A stretch of DNA of 64,000 nt from an uncultured Spirochaetota bacterium (GCA_963835575.1 CAWIGG010000003.1:224001-288000), one strand, 5' to 3'. Numbered from the stretch's first letter, positions 9,461 through 19,820 are shown. Notes: a model not told the origin generated them from the letters alone. Translations and numbers: made by a program.

Positions 9461-11797
9461 TTACAGAAAGTAAACGCTTTGCTGCTGTTTATAATATCCT
9501 GTCTCAAAACAGTAACTATCTGAGAGCTCTCCTAACCGAATAATATTCAATTCATTCTCCAATATATTCTTATAATAATTCTTTTTTGGAATTGAAATAA
9601 TATAAGAAAGGAAATCTTTTTTGAAGTTATTAAACTCTTCTTTTCTTTCAAATACAGGCAATTGCTTTAAGGCTTCATATTGTCGATATATCTTTTGTGC
9701 TTCTTCATCAACTTCAACAAAAACATCAATTTTCTGATAATCTTCAGAAATCAACCTGAAATAATACTTATCTTTCTCTTCTTCATTATAAGTAAAAGCA
9801 TATTCATAATATAATTTAGAAACATATTCTAGAAGTTTTTCCGACACATCATCCGAAGTAATATGGTTTAATATTTCGAAATACTGTTGACTAATATTAT
9901 AAAATTGATTCTCTGAAATAACCTCTGTCAATGTTGCTTTCAGAATATTCAGCGTTGATTGAATCAATACATCATCATAAATAAAACTGCTGAATTCCTT
10001 CCCTTTTTCATTTACCAGCCTGAAAAGTTTTATAAATCCTTTTTCTTTTAAAAAATTCCGATTGCAACGACCTGCAGTCTGATTTATACTGTCTAACGGT
10101 CCAAAATCACGGTATACCATATCAAAATCAATGTCTACGCCAGCTTCTATCATCTGCGTAGAAACAATAACCGCATTTTTTTCTTTTAACATTTTTATTT
10201 CTCGAATTCTTTCCAAACGATGTTTGGGAATAATATTACTGGAAAGATAGAACAAAAGCCGATCTGGCACGCTTTTCTTGAAAAAAGTATATAAATCCAA
10301 TGAAGATTGGATTGTATTCATAACAAAAAGAAAACTTTTATCACCTTCTTTCTTTAAATCCTTATAAGCCAATTCTTGGAATTCAATAAGGCTTATTTTT
10401 TCTTTTCCCTCTTTTTTCATACCGAGGTAAAGTTCAATCCTATTTAAATGAGAAAAATATTCTTTTTTTTCTGGTACCAGTTCAACAATCTCTTCTTCCT
10501 TGAATATTAATGGTAATGTTGCTGTCATCAGAATAATATGACAGTCAAAAACACAACTTAAAGTTTTAAAAGTTTCACGTATCAAAGACCAGTATTTATG
10601 AGGAATAGATTGAACTTCATCCAAGATAATAATTGAATTGGCAATATTATAGAACTTTTTTAGACTTCTATTACGATTGGTAAAGAGAGAATGAAGTAGC
10701 TGATAAAAAGTTGTGACTATAACTTCGCTGTCCCAATTTTCAATTAGGTATTCAGAGATGTCATAATTCAGGATATTTTCTTTATTATCAATATATTTCT
10801 TGTCTGCCAAATGGTGGTCTTTGATCAGCACGGAAGAATCAGGATTTCCCAAAACTTCCTGAAAAACGGCAAAATTTTGGTCAATAATACTGGTAAATGG
10901 CAGAGCATAAATTATCTTGGCATTTCGACCCAGAGACTTTCGAAGTTTCAAGGCCGCATTTAATGAAGTTAGAGTTTTTCCCATCCCGGTAGGAACATTA
11001 ATAGAAAATATTTTTTTTTCCATGTGGTGTTTTAAAATATTTTCTTGAACTTCCTGATAAATACTCTCCCTGTCAGTATTGAGCCTAGAAATACTATGGC
11101 CAAAATTTTGTTTCTTATAGTCATCAACCGCAAATTCATTCAAAACATGAACCCGTTTCTTATATTGCTTTAACTCCTCAAAGCTTCTTCCTTTATCATA
11201 AAAAATTGCGTCTCCTTTATCAGCGGTTAGTAAAAGTGAGTAAAGAAAATCCACCAGCAAGAAATCTTCTCGATCCATTTCTATTAACCTAAAATACTTT
11301 CGGAAAGCCCGGCTATCCAGATATTCTATAACTTCTGTAAAATCTTCTTTTTTGATCTGGAAGCTCAAATTTTGTTTAATATATCCTAAGTCAAAAGCCT
11401 CTAACTGTTTTAACAAAATTTTCTTCTCACTATCGTCAAATTCGAACAGTGTAACTGCAAAATTCTTTAAATCTCCATGGTGTCTATACACCATAAAGTA
11501 GCCAAAACAGGCTAATTTTTCATCAAAGATCGTCTTTTTAATAATAAAATACGTCCAGATGGCTGAAAATAATCCATGACGCGTCAATTCAGAACTTTTC
11601 TGATCTTTCAAATATCTTTGAAAATAACTGGTTGCTTTACCGAAATCATGGGTCAAACAAACAATTTCAAGCAATTTTTCGACATCCTGTCGATTATAGC
11701 GTTTAAAACGAAATATTTTCTTTTTAATAAGTTCTTGACCCAATTCAGCGACATTATGAAGATGATCAATCAACTCTTTACCGGGGTGCGATTCCAT
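9461..11797 (-). CDS. cas3: Cas3 HD-nuclease/helicase
   Basis: HDFGK, PTGMGKT, DEVQ, TAT, QTAGRCNR. Confidence 0.95.
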   Translation of the reverse strand: MESHPGKELIDHLHNVAELGQELIKKKIFRFKRYNRQDVEKLLEIVCLTHDFGKATSYFQRYLKDQKSSELTRHGLFSAIWTYFIIKKTIFDEKLACFGYFMVYRHHGDLKNFAVTLFEFDDSEKKILLKQLEAFDLGYIKQNLSFQIKKEDFTEVIEYLDSRAFRKYFRLIEMDREDFLLVDFLYSLLLTADKGDAIFYDKGRSFEELKQYKKRVHVLNEFAVDDYKKQNFGHSISRLNTDRESIYQEVQENILKHHMEKKIFSINVPTGMGKTLTSLNAALKLRKSLGRNAKIIYALPFTSIIDQNFAVFQEVLGNPDSSVLIKDHHLADKKYIDNKENILNYDISEYLIENWDSEVIVTTFYQLLHSLFTNRNRSLKKFYNIANSIIILDEVQSIPHKYWSLIRETFKTLSCVFDCHIILMTATLPLIFKEEEIVELVPEKKEYFSHLNRIELYLGMKKEGKEKISLIEFQELAYKDLKKEGDKSFLFVMNTIQSSLDLYTFFKKSVPDRLLFYLSSNIIPKHRLERIREIKMLKEKNAVIVSTQMIEAGVDIDFDMVYRDFGPLDSINQTAGRCNRNFLKEKGFIKLFRLVNEKGKEFSSFIYDDVLIQSTLNILKATLTEVISENQFYNISQQYFEILNHITSDDVSEKLLEYVSKLYYEYAFTYNEEEKDKYYFRLISEDYQKIDVFVEVDEEAQKIYRQYEALKQLPVFERKEEFNNFKKDFLSYIISIPKKNYYKNILENELNIIRLGELSDSYCFETGYYKQQQSVYFL

Positions 11798-11815
11798 ATT
11801 TCCTCCCGCTCACTC

Positions 11816-12517
11816 CTATAACCAGAGAACATTTTCGCCGTCTTCCAATCTTATATATTCAATATTCTTTAATTTAATCGTTTCGCCATTTCTTTCAAAA
11901 AGAACCTTTCCATATTCCTGGACTTCCCTTTCCTCATTCATTAAGAAAGCAAACGTGTCATTAAAATATTCCTTACCCGGCTCAAATTCTATTTGGCCGC
12001 TTTCAATATTTCTCAAGGGAACAACTGAATGGAGTTGAATATCGCCTTTTTCAGCTTTGAATGGAAAGTTTCCAACAAAATCAAAGTTAGCCAAATTTTC
12101 AGAAAGACCCAGCGTAGGAGTGTAAACACTTTTATGTTCAGTTAAGAGTTTCTTTAAGTTCCGGTATTCATTCTCATTTGTCAATTCAATATATATCCTG
12201 AACTTTGGTTCAGAAAGAAACTCGATTTTTATCTGACTTCTACCCTTTTCCAGCCGGAATTTTCTGTCTTTTGTGTTAATCAGATTTTCCGCTATCCTGA
12301 CTTTCTTGATTGGAGCCATAATCCTTAAAGCTATGCTGGAATGTTTACGATCTAAGAGCTCATTGTTCTTATTCTTTTCGATGCCCATGATTGCTCCAAT
12401 AATTCCGGTCAATGTTGTCCGCGAAGGAATAGAATAAGTCAGGGGCGAAGTGGTGGTATAAGGTTTTTTAAAATGCGCGAGTTCGCCCCAGATATCAAAA
12501 ACCAATACATCTGACAT
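11816..12517 (-). CDS. cas5: Cas5, type I-B
   Basis: FDIWGELAHFKKP...TYSIPSRTTLTGIIGAIMG. Confidence 0.92.
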   Translation of the reverse strand: MSDVLVFDIWGELAHFKKPYTTTSPLTYSIPSRTTLTGIIGAIMGIEKNKNNELLDRKHSSIALRIMAPIKKVRIAENLINTKDRKFRLEKGRSQIKIEFLSEPKFRIYIELTNENEYRNLKKLLTEHKSVYTPTLGLSENLANFDFVGNFPFKAEKGDIQLHSVVPLRNIESGQIEFEPGKEYFNDTFAFLMNEEREVQEYGKVLFERNGETIKLKNIEYIRLEDGENVLWL

Positions 12518-12528
12518 AATCCGCCACC

Positions 12529-13515
12529 TTAAAATTTTAATTGGTGCATTTTACCTTCGAGTAGTTTCTCAATTTCTACCGGTTGTTTCTTCACGGTAAA
12601 TTTGAGCCTGTTATCAGTCAGATATCGGACTTTTTCAATTTTTCCGGTATGTTTATTCAGGTTCTCTTGCAATTCAGAGATGTCAATAGCAAACTCTGAA
12701 ATATCCCTTATTTTTTCTTCCTGAACTGTGCTTTTTAGTTTAATCAGCTTGTTCAATTCCCCGATAAAGAATCCTTTCTCGGAATAATCCACGCAAAGCA
12801 ACAATCTCGGTAACTGCCCGAATTTAGAACGGGAAATCAGATTTTTCGTTCCATACCAGATCGCTTTCAGCATTAAAGCCACGTCTTCATTTTGAAGCCG
12901 TGTTTCCTTTGCCGCGTTCTCATTTACAATACCGTAAAATGAAATGAAAGAATATGGAAGAACATACTCTTCCCGGAAGGTATTTTGCGCTTTTCCTTCA
13001 CTGGAAGCAAAAGCTCCCGTTCCTTTAATATGCTTTAACTCGACCTGATGTAAAGAACGTCCCATTTGAAATTGAACTGGACCAGTAAACGTAATTGAGT
13101 TTTCACCGCCTCTTTCTTCATTGGAATCATTACTATTTTCTTTATTATCATTTTTTCCTTTCTTCTTTTTCTCTAAAGGTATAACACCACCAAAAAGTCG
13201 GATATCAATACAATTCTGTAAAATAGTATCTTTATTCTCTTGAAAATCTTTTGCGCGAGCTTTGCCATCTTTCAGTCCACCTTTATCAGAATCGGTCTGA
13301 CGAACAAAAATATTTTTATCGTTCTGACCATTATATCCTTCATACTCAAAAAGATAATCTCTAACAGTTCTTTTCAGTCGAACGTCGGTAACAATATTCA
13401 CCTTCGTTTCTTCATCCATGCGCGGTTTGTTCTCATCCAGAGGATCGCCGTTGGGATTAGCGTCCTGAATGTCATAACAAAAAAGCAATTCCGATCTTTT
13501 TTCTACTTGACTCAT
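12529..13515 (-). CDS. cas7: Cas7/Csh2, type I-B
   Basis: ANPNGDPLDENKPR, VTDVRLKRTVRD, DIRLFG. Confidence 0.93.
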   Translation of the reverse strand: MSQVEKRSELLFCYDIQDANPNGDPLDENKPRMDEETKVNIVTDVRLKRTVRDYLFEYEGYNGQNDKNIFVRQTDSDKGGLKDGKARAKDFQENKDTILQNCIDIRLFGGVIPLEKKKKGKNDNKENSNDSNEERGGENSITFTGPVQFQMGRSLHQVELKHIKGTGAFASSEGKAQNTFREEYVLPYSFISFYGIVNENAAKETRLQNEDVALMLKAIWYGTKNLISRSKFGQLPRLLLCVDYSEKGFFIGELNKLIKLKSTVQEEKIRDISEFAIDISELQENLNKHTGKIEKVRYLTDNRLKFTVKKQPVEIEKLLEGKMHQLKF

Positions 13516-13516
13516 A

Positions 13517-13921
13517 TTAAGCCTCCTCTTTTTCTTTATTTTCTTTGTTCTTGAACTTCTGGTTCAGGTTCATTCCGAGAACGAAATAATAACTCAATTC
13601 ATTGTCGCTGATGGTCTTGAAGTCCGCATAGGTCAAGTATTCGCCTGCCAGTGCTTCCAGTTTCGAATAATAGTTCTTTTTGTATTCATTGAGCTTATTC
13701 TGCACTTCGACAAATACCCTCTTCAAAATCTTTTCATCGATTTTCATTCCGTTCAGCCTTGAATAAAAAGGTTTATTTACCCGCTGTTCTGGTAAATCCA
13801 ACAGGTTTTTTGTCAATATTCCCGTTAGAAAACCCGCTTTTTTAGTATCCGTATCAAAAACGTCCGGGTGTGATTCCAGAAACTCCATATAAATTTTGTT
13901 CTCTTCCGTCATTTCCGGCAT
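13517..13921 (-). CDS. cas11: Internally initiated Cas11 small subunit (134 aa, in frame with cas8b)
   Basis: AAAGGAGG-aaaaggcc-ATG inside cas8b at codon 456. Confidence 0.7.
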   Translation of the reverse strand: MPEMTEENKIYMEFLESHPDVFDTDTKKAGFLTGILTKNLLDLPEQRVNKPFYSRLNGMKIDEKILKRVFVEVQNKLNEYKKNYYSKLEALAGEYLTYADFKTISDNELSYYFVLGMNLNQKFKNKENKEKEEA

Positions 13922-15286
13922 GGCCTTTTCCTCCTTTAGATTTTTATTTTTGAATAGCTCCATTTTTTGTACAAACATAAAAATCAATAGACTGGATAAA
14001 ACAGTAATATATACACCGCCCAAATAATCTTTTCTTATTTTAACCATAAATTTAGCTATAATGAACTGATAATCAATTTTCTTATTAGTAAATACAGAAT
14101 TTAAAACCTCAAGGAAGTTTTTATCCCAATTGCCATCAAACTTATTGTTAGGAAAAAACTTTTCCCGTAGAAGTTCAAAAGTAAAGAAAAGATCAAAATC
14201 TTCCCCATTCAAGCCGAGAATTCTTCTAAACAAATTGATCTTTTCAACTTCTTCTTTTATTTCAAAAATATGTTTGATTCTAGAAGGCAACACATCTTCT
14301 ATATAAAGAAGAATACTGAATGCCGACTTTTCTTCTTCATAAATCAGAAAGTTATAAGCCATATAATTCTGCATTTCTTCTAAGGCTTCCAATATGTCTC
14401 CTTCGGTTCGCATTAGTGCTTTTCTTTTTTCTTTGCTTAGAGAAAACTTAATTTTATTTTCCAAATCTTCAAAAATTTCATGGCTGTTATTTAAGTCAAA
14501 AGACAGTTTAGGAATAACAAAATATTTTAGACCGGCGAACTGATTTGATAAATTGCTTTTAAGATATTTTTTGCCAGCCTCAAGAGTCTCTGAACATTCA
14601 GCACAAACAGGGTAATTTCGCCAAGCCATACTTTGATCAAACCCACTCGTTACCATACCCATTTTATCAACCGTATAAAAATTATACGTGTTTACAAAAC
14701 CAAATACTTCCAAAGCTTTTTCACCACAAACAAAGCAATATTTTTGATTCGCTTTTGAAACAGTGTTGTATTTTTCATAGTACTTTACAGAGTTTTCGGA
14801 AAGTAATTGTCTTGCAACTTCCGGAAATTCGTTTAACGTTTTACCATTGATCTTTAAAGTTAAAATATAACCTTCTTTTGAATTAAGAATTTCTTTTATT
14901 GAATCTACAATAAGTTTAAAATTAATTTCTTCTTTTAAATATTCATAAAGTCTAACAAATAATTGTGAATCAATGTTTCTTATAGGCTTCATCAAATTTC
15001 TAAACGATTTTTCAACATTTTTCGAATCAACGATTAAAGTTGGCGTAAAATTACCACCGGCGGCCGTTCCCTTTTTATAAAGATAGTCTTGGAGTTTCTT
15101 ATCTGTAAATTCTTCAAGATCAAAATTGTCATATTTCACCACATCATTTATTACTGAAAATTTCAGGAAAATGACTTTGTTATATCTATTTTTCTCATTC
15201 GGGTTTTCAATCACCTGGTCCAGTTCAGATTGGTTGTTTTGCTTTGTTCTTGCATACTGCCCGATTCTATACAGTGCCGGTATCAT
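13517..15286 (-). CDS. cas8b: Cas8b/Csh1 large subunit
   Basis: CFVCG...YPVCAEC zinc motif; position directly before cas7. Confidence 0.88.
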   Translation of the reverse strand: MIPALYRIGQYARTKQNNQSELDQVIENPNEKNRYNKVIFLKFSVINDVVKYDNFDLEEFTDKKLQDYLYKKGTAAGGNFTPTLIVDSKNVEKSFRNLMKPIRNIDSQLFVRLYEYLKEEINFKLIVDSIKEILNSKEGYILTLKINGKTLNEFPEVARQLLSENSVKYYEKYNTVSKANQKYCFVCGEKALEVFGFVNTYNFYTVDKMGMVTSGFDQSMAWRNYPVCAECSETLEAGKKYLKSNLSNQFAGLKYFVIPKLSFDLNNSHEIFEDLENKIKFSLSKEKRKALMRTEGDILEALEEMQNYMAYNFLIYEEEKSAFSILLYIEDVLPSRIKHIFEIKEEVEKINLFRRILGLNGEDFDLFFTFELLREKFFPNNKFDGNWDKNFLEVLNSVFTNKKIDYQFIIAKFMVKIRKDYLGGVYITVLSSLLIFMFVQKMELFKNKNLKEEKAMPEMTEENKIYMEFLESHPDVFDTDTKKAGFLTGILTKNLLDLPEQRVNKPFYSRLNGMKIDEKILKRVFVEVQNKLNEYKKNYYSKLEALAGEYLTYADFKTISDNELSYYFVLGMNLNQKFKNKENKEKEEA

Positions 15287-15490
15287 AAAACCCTCCTTTC
15301 TCTACTGCCCCCCCGCCGTTTAAACGCCCGCCAGAATCCGCGTCAATCCGTCTCATCCGCCTGATCCGTTTCTCTTAGCGTCCCTTCGCGTGCCTTGGCG
15401 GATACCCCCGGGTAGCCTGGGGCAATTGCCCCTGGCTACCCATTATTTACTTCGCCGTCTCTATCATACCGAAGGAGCACGTGCTCCCGC

Positions 15491-15745
15491 CTATCCAACG
15501 CCGTCCCGTTTCTTAACACCGAAATGCTTTTGAAACAGTTCCTGCGCTTTCTTCCAGCCTTCTTCGGTAAACACAACCGACTTTGCCTTGCCGACGGGAT
15601 TTTCAATAAATCCCTTTTGATGCAGCCTGTCCAGCACGTCCCAATCAAAGCCCTTCCAGGCCCTGGTATTGAAGCCGTCCGAATGCGATGTCAGAACCAG
15701 GAGCGCAAGGCTTATTTCATCGGCTTTTTCTTTATTGTATTCCAT
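15491..15745 (-). CDS. DUF6429-like small winged-helix protein
   Basis: RAWKGFDWDVLDRLHQKGFI...KAKSVVFTEEG. Confidence 0.8.
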   Translation of the reverse strand: MEYNKEKADEISLALLVLTSHSDGFNTRAWKGFDWDVLDRLHQKGFIENPVGKAKSVVFTEEGWKKAQELFQKHFGVKKRDGVG

Positions 15746-15790
15746 TGTACTTCCTCCGCTTTAAAATACCCGGCATCCGGAACCGCCGGC

Positions 15791-16534
15791 TCAATCCATA
15801 TTCCCATCCAGCGCTTCCTCAAGCTTGCCGTAGAGGCAGTCCAGCTCCTTTTCCAGTTTTTTATCCTTCGCGTGATTGGCCTCAGCGGCGATAAATCCCA
15901 TCAGATCTTCCAGTTCATCCGGCGTATACAATGCCGCGATTTTTCCGTCATCCTCCTTCGCCGTTTTAAGCCGTTCCGTCAAATCATCATCCGCGAAGGT
16001 CTCATCCAGTATCAAATCCCTTTCTTTTATCTTAAGTTCAATGAGGATTGGTTCCTCCCCGTCTTCCTCCATTGAGGGATACTGTTCCGGTGATTCGCCG
16101 GATTTCTCAAGGATATAGGGGTACTTCTTGCCCGGTATGGGCTTGCGGAACTCGATCAATTCCACCGGGAAAAACCATTCGTCGCCGTAGTCGAAAAAGA
16201 AAAGAAGCCTTGCGCCGATGTCCGGGAACGCCGCCGGGATTTTCGTTCTTTTCACGCCCGGGTAATCGCTTTCCTCCCCGATATCAGCGAACAGTTCAAA
16301 ACCGGTTTTGGAATGATACGGGTCCTTGAAATTATCGTAAAACCCGAAGGGATGGTCGAAAAGAAAATCGAAGGCCTCGTTTATGGCCTCGGCCAGCCTG
16401 TAAAGCGCGGCGCTTTCCGGTACGGCGATAGTCCGCCAGGGCTTCGGGTTCAGATTGCCGAAGGCCGAGCATTTGTCGGCGGTGACTTTGAAAACAGAAA
16501 TTCTGTCACCATTTTTCACATTGAGTGTGCGCAT
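15791..16534 (-). CDS. Plasmid pRiA4b ORF-3-like / IS1096 passenger family protein with acidic C-terminal extension
   Basis: WRTIAVP...LAEAINEAFDF..DHPFGF...FFFDYGDEWFFPVEL...G.SPEQYP. Confidence 0.75.
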   Translation of the reverse strand: MRTLNVKNGDRISVFKVTADKCSAFGNLNPKPWRTIAVPESAALYRLAEAINEAFDFLFDHPFGFYDNFKDPYHSKTGFELFADIGEESDYPGVKRTKIPAAFPDIGARLLFFFDYGDEWFFPVELIEFRKPIPGKKYPYILEKSGESPEQYPSMEEDGEEPILIELKIKERDLILDETFADDDLTERLKTAKEDDGKIAALYTPDELEDLMGFIAAEANHAKDKKLEKELDCLYGKLEEALDGNMD

Positions 16535-16662
16535 GCGTTAATCTCCTTTATTATTAAAATTTCAGTTATACCAAATTTTTATTGTGTTCTCTGTGCCTCC
16601 GCGTGAACTTTCCCGCCGTACCTTCTTCGCGCCTCTTCGCGTGCCTTAGCGGATACTTCCAT

Positions 16663-17418
16663 TCACTCATTAATCTCCACCATACCGAATCCCTGCGAGT
16701 TCTTGCTGCCGAGGCAGGCGTCATAAGCGAAGTTCAGTATTTCCGGCTCGCCCGTCAGGGCATAATACCCCATCCAGCCTTTCACGAGGGTTTTATCCTC
16801 CCCGGTCCCGAAATAGAGGATTTTCTCGTTTTTGTTTCCCTGGAAAAGAGGCTTTATATTTATGGAATAGGGGCAGTCCTTCTGATAAAGCGACGTCCAT
16901 TTCTTCCGCAGGTTATTCGCCGTTAATTCCGTGAACTCGGCTTCAAACGGGCTGTAAAAATGCGTCTTTTTTTTGCCTTCGGGAGTGGTGAACGTGGTAT
17001 AATTGACGATTGGTGTAATGCATTTGATCCTGACGGCATTGGCCCGTATTTCTTTACGTTTCATGACCGCTATGGAAGAGACTGAGAGCATGTTTTCTCC
17101 CAGTTTCACCTTATCAGCTTGAATAAGGTTTTCCGCGAGCTGGGTAATTATCCAGTCGAGAGGGGAATTGATGATAAAGCCTATGGTTTGGGGAAAATAA
17201 AAGGCCTTTTCATTTTTTTCGAACCGTCCCCTTTCCAGTATGCCGGAAAAGGAAAATAATTTAAACGAACGCTTCTCGAAACGGTAGCCTTCGTTATGGA
17301 GCCATTCTCCGTCGTCCATTGCGAGGTGATTATAGATAAGCGCCTGGATATTGGCGTTGAAGCCTGTCCTTAAAAACACGTTTTTATTGACGGAGCACAG
17401 TTCGACTTTAATTCTCAT
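16663..17418 (-). CDS. cas6: Cas6 endoribonuclease
   Basis: C-terminal LGSKNSQGFG loop; FKLFSFS. Confidence 0.93.
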   Translation of the reverse strand: MRIKVELCSVNKNVFLRTGFNANIQALIYNHLAMDDGEWLHNEGYRFEKRSFKLFSFSGILERGRFEKNEKAFYFPQTIGFIINSPLDWIITQLAENLIQADKVKLGENMLSVSSIAVMKRKEIRANAVRIKCITPIVNYTTFTTPEGKKKTHFYSPFEAEFTELTANNLRKKWTSLYQKDCPYSINIKPLFQGNKNEKILYFGTGEDKTLVKGWMGYYALTGEPEILNFAYDACLGSKNSQGFGMVEINE

Positions 17419-17474
17419 AAAGCCGCCCCTTTTAATTATTAAATAGTATTATAATAGTGTCAAATATTAATTAA

Positions 17475-17686
17475 TTAAGGGCAGTTCTAAAAACTCAAAT
17501 ATTTAGAACTGCCGCTATTATATGAGTTCATGCTACCGCCCGAGTTCGCTGTCTGAAAAGATCATCAACCAGCGAACTCTATACGATAGCGCCAATTAAA
17601 TTTACAAGAGATTCTATAACCGGGGCAGTTCCAAAACCTATGTTGGAAATATCTGATTGATTTTGAGTTTTTGGAACTGCCCTTAA
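17475..17686. mobile_element. Putative 212-bp MITE with 25-bp terminal inverted repeats
   Basis: TTAAGGGCAGTTCTAAAAACTCAAA ... TTTGAGTTTTTGGAACTGCCCTTAA (1 mismatch). Confidence 0.65.
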
Positions 17687-17726
17687 GTATGAGGACATTT
17701 GAAGCTTCCTGCCGCCCGGTTCCAAA

Positions 17727-19364
17727 TTATATCCTTTTCAATTCCTCAAGAAAAGCGGGTCTCCGGGCGTTGTTCAGCCGGATTTCTTCCGTAAATTTTT
17801 GAAATTCCTTTTCCATTCCCTTCAGCTTTTTCATCGATTTCAGCAAGGCCGCGACCCTCTGGTAATGCCCCCTGCTGGAAGCGTTTTTCGTCTGCGGCAG
17901 GACCGCTTTCTTAAAAGCCTCAAAATATGCCGGAGGGTTTACATCGCCCAGGGCTTTTTGATACTCCGCCAGCGGTTCGGCCCAGGCGTTTTTGAGCAGT
18001 ACTTCCAGCGCGTCGGATTTCCTGTTTTCCCGGATGTAAAGCTCAACCAGACTGGAATAAGAGGTTTTGGCCTTCACATACTCGATAAGCCCGGGAAGTT
18101 TCTTTTCCCACATTTCAAAAGGCAGCGTCCGCTTCATTTCATCATAATAATGCCATCCGGTATTGCCCTTAAAAAGACTTTCCATTTTCCCGTAATACCT
18201 TTCCCAGTCCTTTCCTTTATAATACGAAGCCAGGAATTCCAGGGCCGCTGTCTGCGCCCGGGGGAACAGATGCGGTTCCCTCTCCTCAGCGATATCTTTC
18301 GCGCGTTCCAGTTTTTCCGTTTCAATAAGTTTATCAAGATACTTCATAAAAATACTGCCGCTCACCCGGTAATAGCTTTCATATATTCTGTCAATTTCAT
18401 CTTTTCTGCCCAACTGTTCCTGTATCCAGAGCCATGAACTCAGCATATCGTATTGCTGATAGCTGATTTCCTCAATGCCTTCGCGCGGGATCCGGTCAAA
18501 ATGAGGTTTTAAAAGCTCTTCCCAATAAAGAAGCTCTTCCCGCCCCGTCGAAACTGCGCTCAAGGCATCCTCATAGTGTTCCCGGTAATAATCCGGTTCG
18601 TTTTGAATATATTTGCCGAATAAGTACTCCATGACTTTCTTTTTTTCCGGCAAATCCAGGTCCGCGGCAATGCCGGCGAATTCATCAACGGCGTATTCAA
18701 ACTCGCCGCTGAAATCGCCGTAGGAGTCATCCACGCTTCCGGATATCTCCGCTATGCTTTCCGACGCGGCCTGGTAGATTTTCAGCGCTTCCAGGGGCAG
18801 GTTTTTTGAAAGCCAGAGACCGGCCTCCTTGTAATAGCGGTCAAAGTCCGGAGTGTTATAAAAAACGTACCTGTTATACCTGTCGTATTCTTCCATCGAT
18901 TTGATCATTTTTTTCTTATAGCCTTCAACGGTCTGATTTTTTATTTTTGTCTCTCCGAATAAGATGAGAAACCTTTCTTTCAGATCGCTGTCATCATCCA
19001 TTTCCTTTTTAATAAATTTCCTGAGTTTTTCCGGCGGCGTACGTTTCAGAATATCATCCGGCGATTCTTCAAAAGTTTTATTTTTTATGTCTGTTGATTC
19101 CTTCTCATTTAACACTGCCAATAAAACAGCTACTACATGCTTGCAGGCGCCGCCCCAGTCATAAGGACAGGTGCAGGAATAGTCATCAATGTCGTTCAGA
19201 TTGACCTTGACCTTATAGTCATTACTGCCGGAGACCGCTGCCTGGACAAAACTGCCGGTCAGTTTTATAATTTCAACCAATCCGTCTTCGTAATATTCCT
19301 CGCCGCGCACATAAGACTGGCTGTCTGAAATCGCGCGGATATCCTTTTTGCTAAACGGCATCAA
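17727..19364 (-). CDS. SWIM zinc-finger protein with helical C-terminal region
   Basis: CTCPYDWGGACKHVVAVLL. Confidence 0.85.
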   Translation of the reverse strand: MMPFSKKDIRAISDSQSYVRGEEYYEDGLVEIIKLTGSFVQAAVSGSNDYKVKVNLNDIDDYSCTCPYDWGGACKHVVAVLLAVLNEKESTDIKNKTFEESPDDILKRTPPEKLRKFIKKEMDDDSDLKERFLILFGETKIKNQTVEGYKKKMIKSMEEYDRYNRYVFYNTPDFDRYYKEAGLWLSKNLPLEALKIYQAASESIAEISGSVDDSYGDFSGEFEYAVDEFAGIAADLDLPEKKKVMEYLFGKYIQNEPDYYREHYEDALSAVSTGREELLYWEELLKPHFDRIPREGIEEISYQQYDMLSSWLWIQEQLGRKDEIDRIYESYYRVSGSIFMKYLDKLIETEKLERAKDIAEEREPHLFPRAQTAALEFLASYYKGKDWERYYGKMESLFKGNTGWHYYDEMKRTLPFEMWEKKLPGLIEYVKAKTSYSSLVELYIRENRKSDALEVLLKNAWAEPLAEYQKALGDVNPPAYFEAFKKAVLPQTKNASSRGHYQRVAALLKSMKKLKGMEKEFQKFTEEIRLNNARRPAFLEELKRI

Positions 19365-19372
19365 ATGTTCCT

Positions 19373-19801
19373 TTATTTTATTATTTCAATATCATTATCC
19401 TTCAGCCATTCCAGGGCGTATTCCTTCATCCGCTTTTCCTCGAATTTAAACCAGGCCTCGCGGATTTCCGGGAATTCCGGAAGCGCGTCTTTGAAATTCC
19501 GGAATGGTTTTCCGCCCGATATGGCCTTTATGAGCTTTTCCTGTATTTTTTTGTTTTCCACTCCCTCGATGAATTCTTCCATCAGCCGGAAGCCGTCATT
19601 GGACGGAAACGTTTCGATGGGAAGAAAGCGGCCGGGATTACTCTCTATCTCTTCTTCGCCGATGAATGCATCGCCGCCTTCTTTATCTTCCGCCAGCCGG
19701 ATTTCACCGTCTTTTAAATCCAGATACTGGTCATACCAGCTGTCGCGGTTCTGCATGGCAAAGATCAGGTCGCCCAGATCGATTTTCAGCTTTATTGGCA
19801 T
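19373..19801 (-). CDS. UPF0158 family protein
   Basis: YLDLKDGEI...MEEFI...AISGGKPFRNFKDAL...W. Confidence 0.8.
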   Translation of the reverse strand: MPIKLKIDLGDLIFAMQNRDSWYDQYLDLKDGEIRLAEDKEGGDAFIGEEEIESNPGRFLPIETFPSNDGFRLMEEFIEGVENKKIQEKLIKAISGGKPFRNFKDALPEFPEIREAWFKFEEKRMKEYALEWLKDNDIEIIK

Positions 19802-19820
19802 GGAAGTCTCCTTTTTATAT

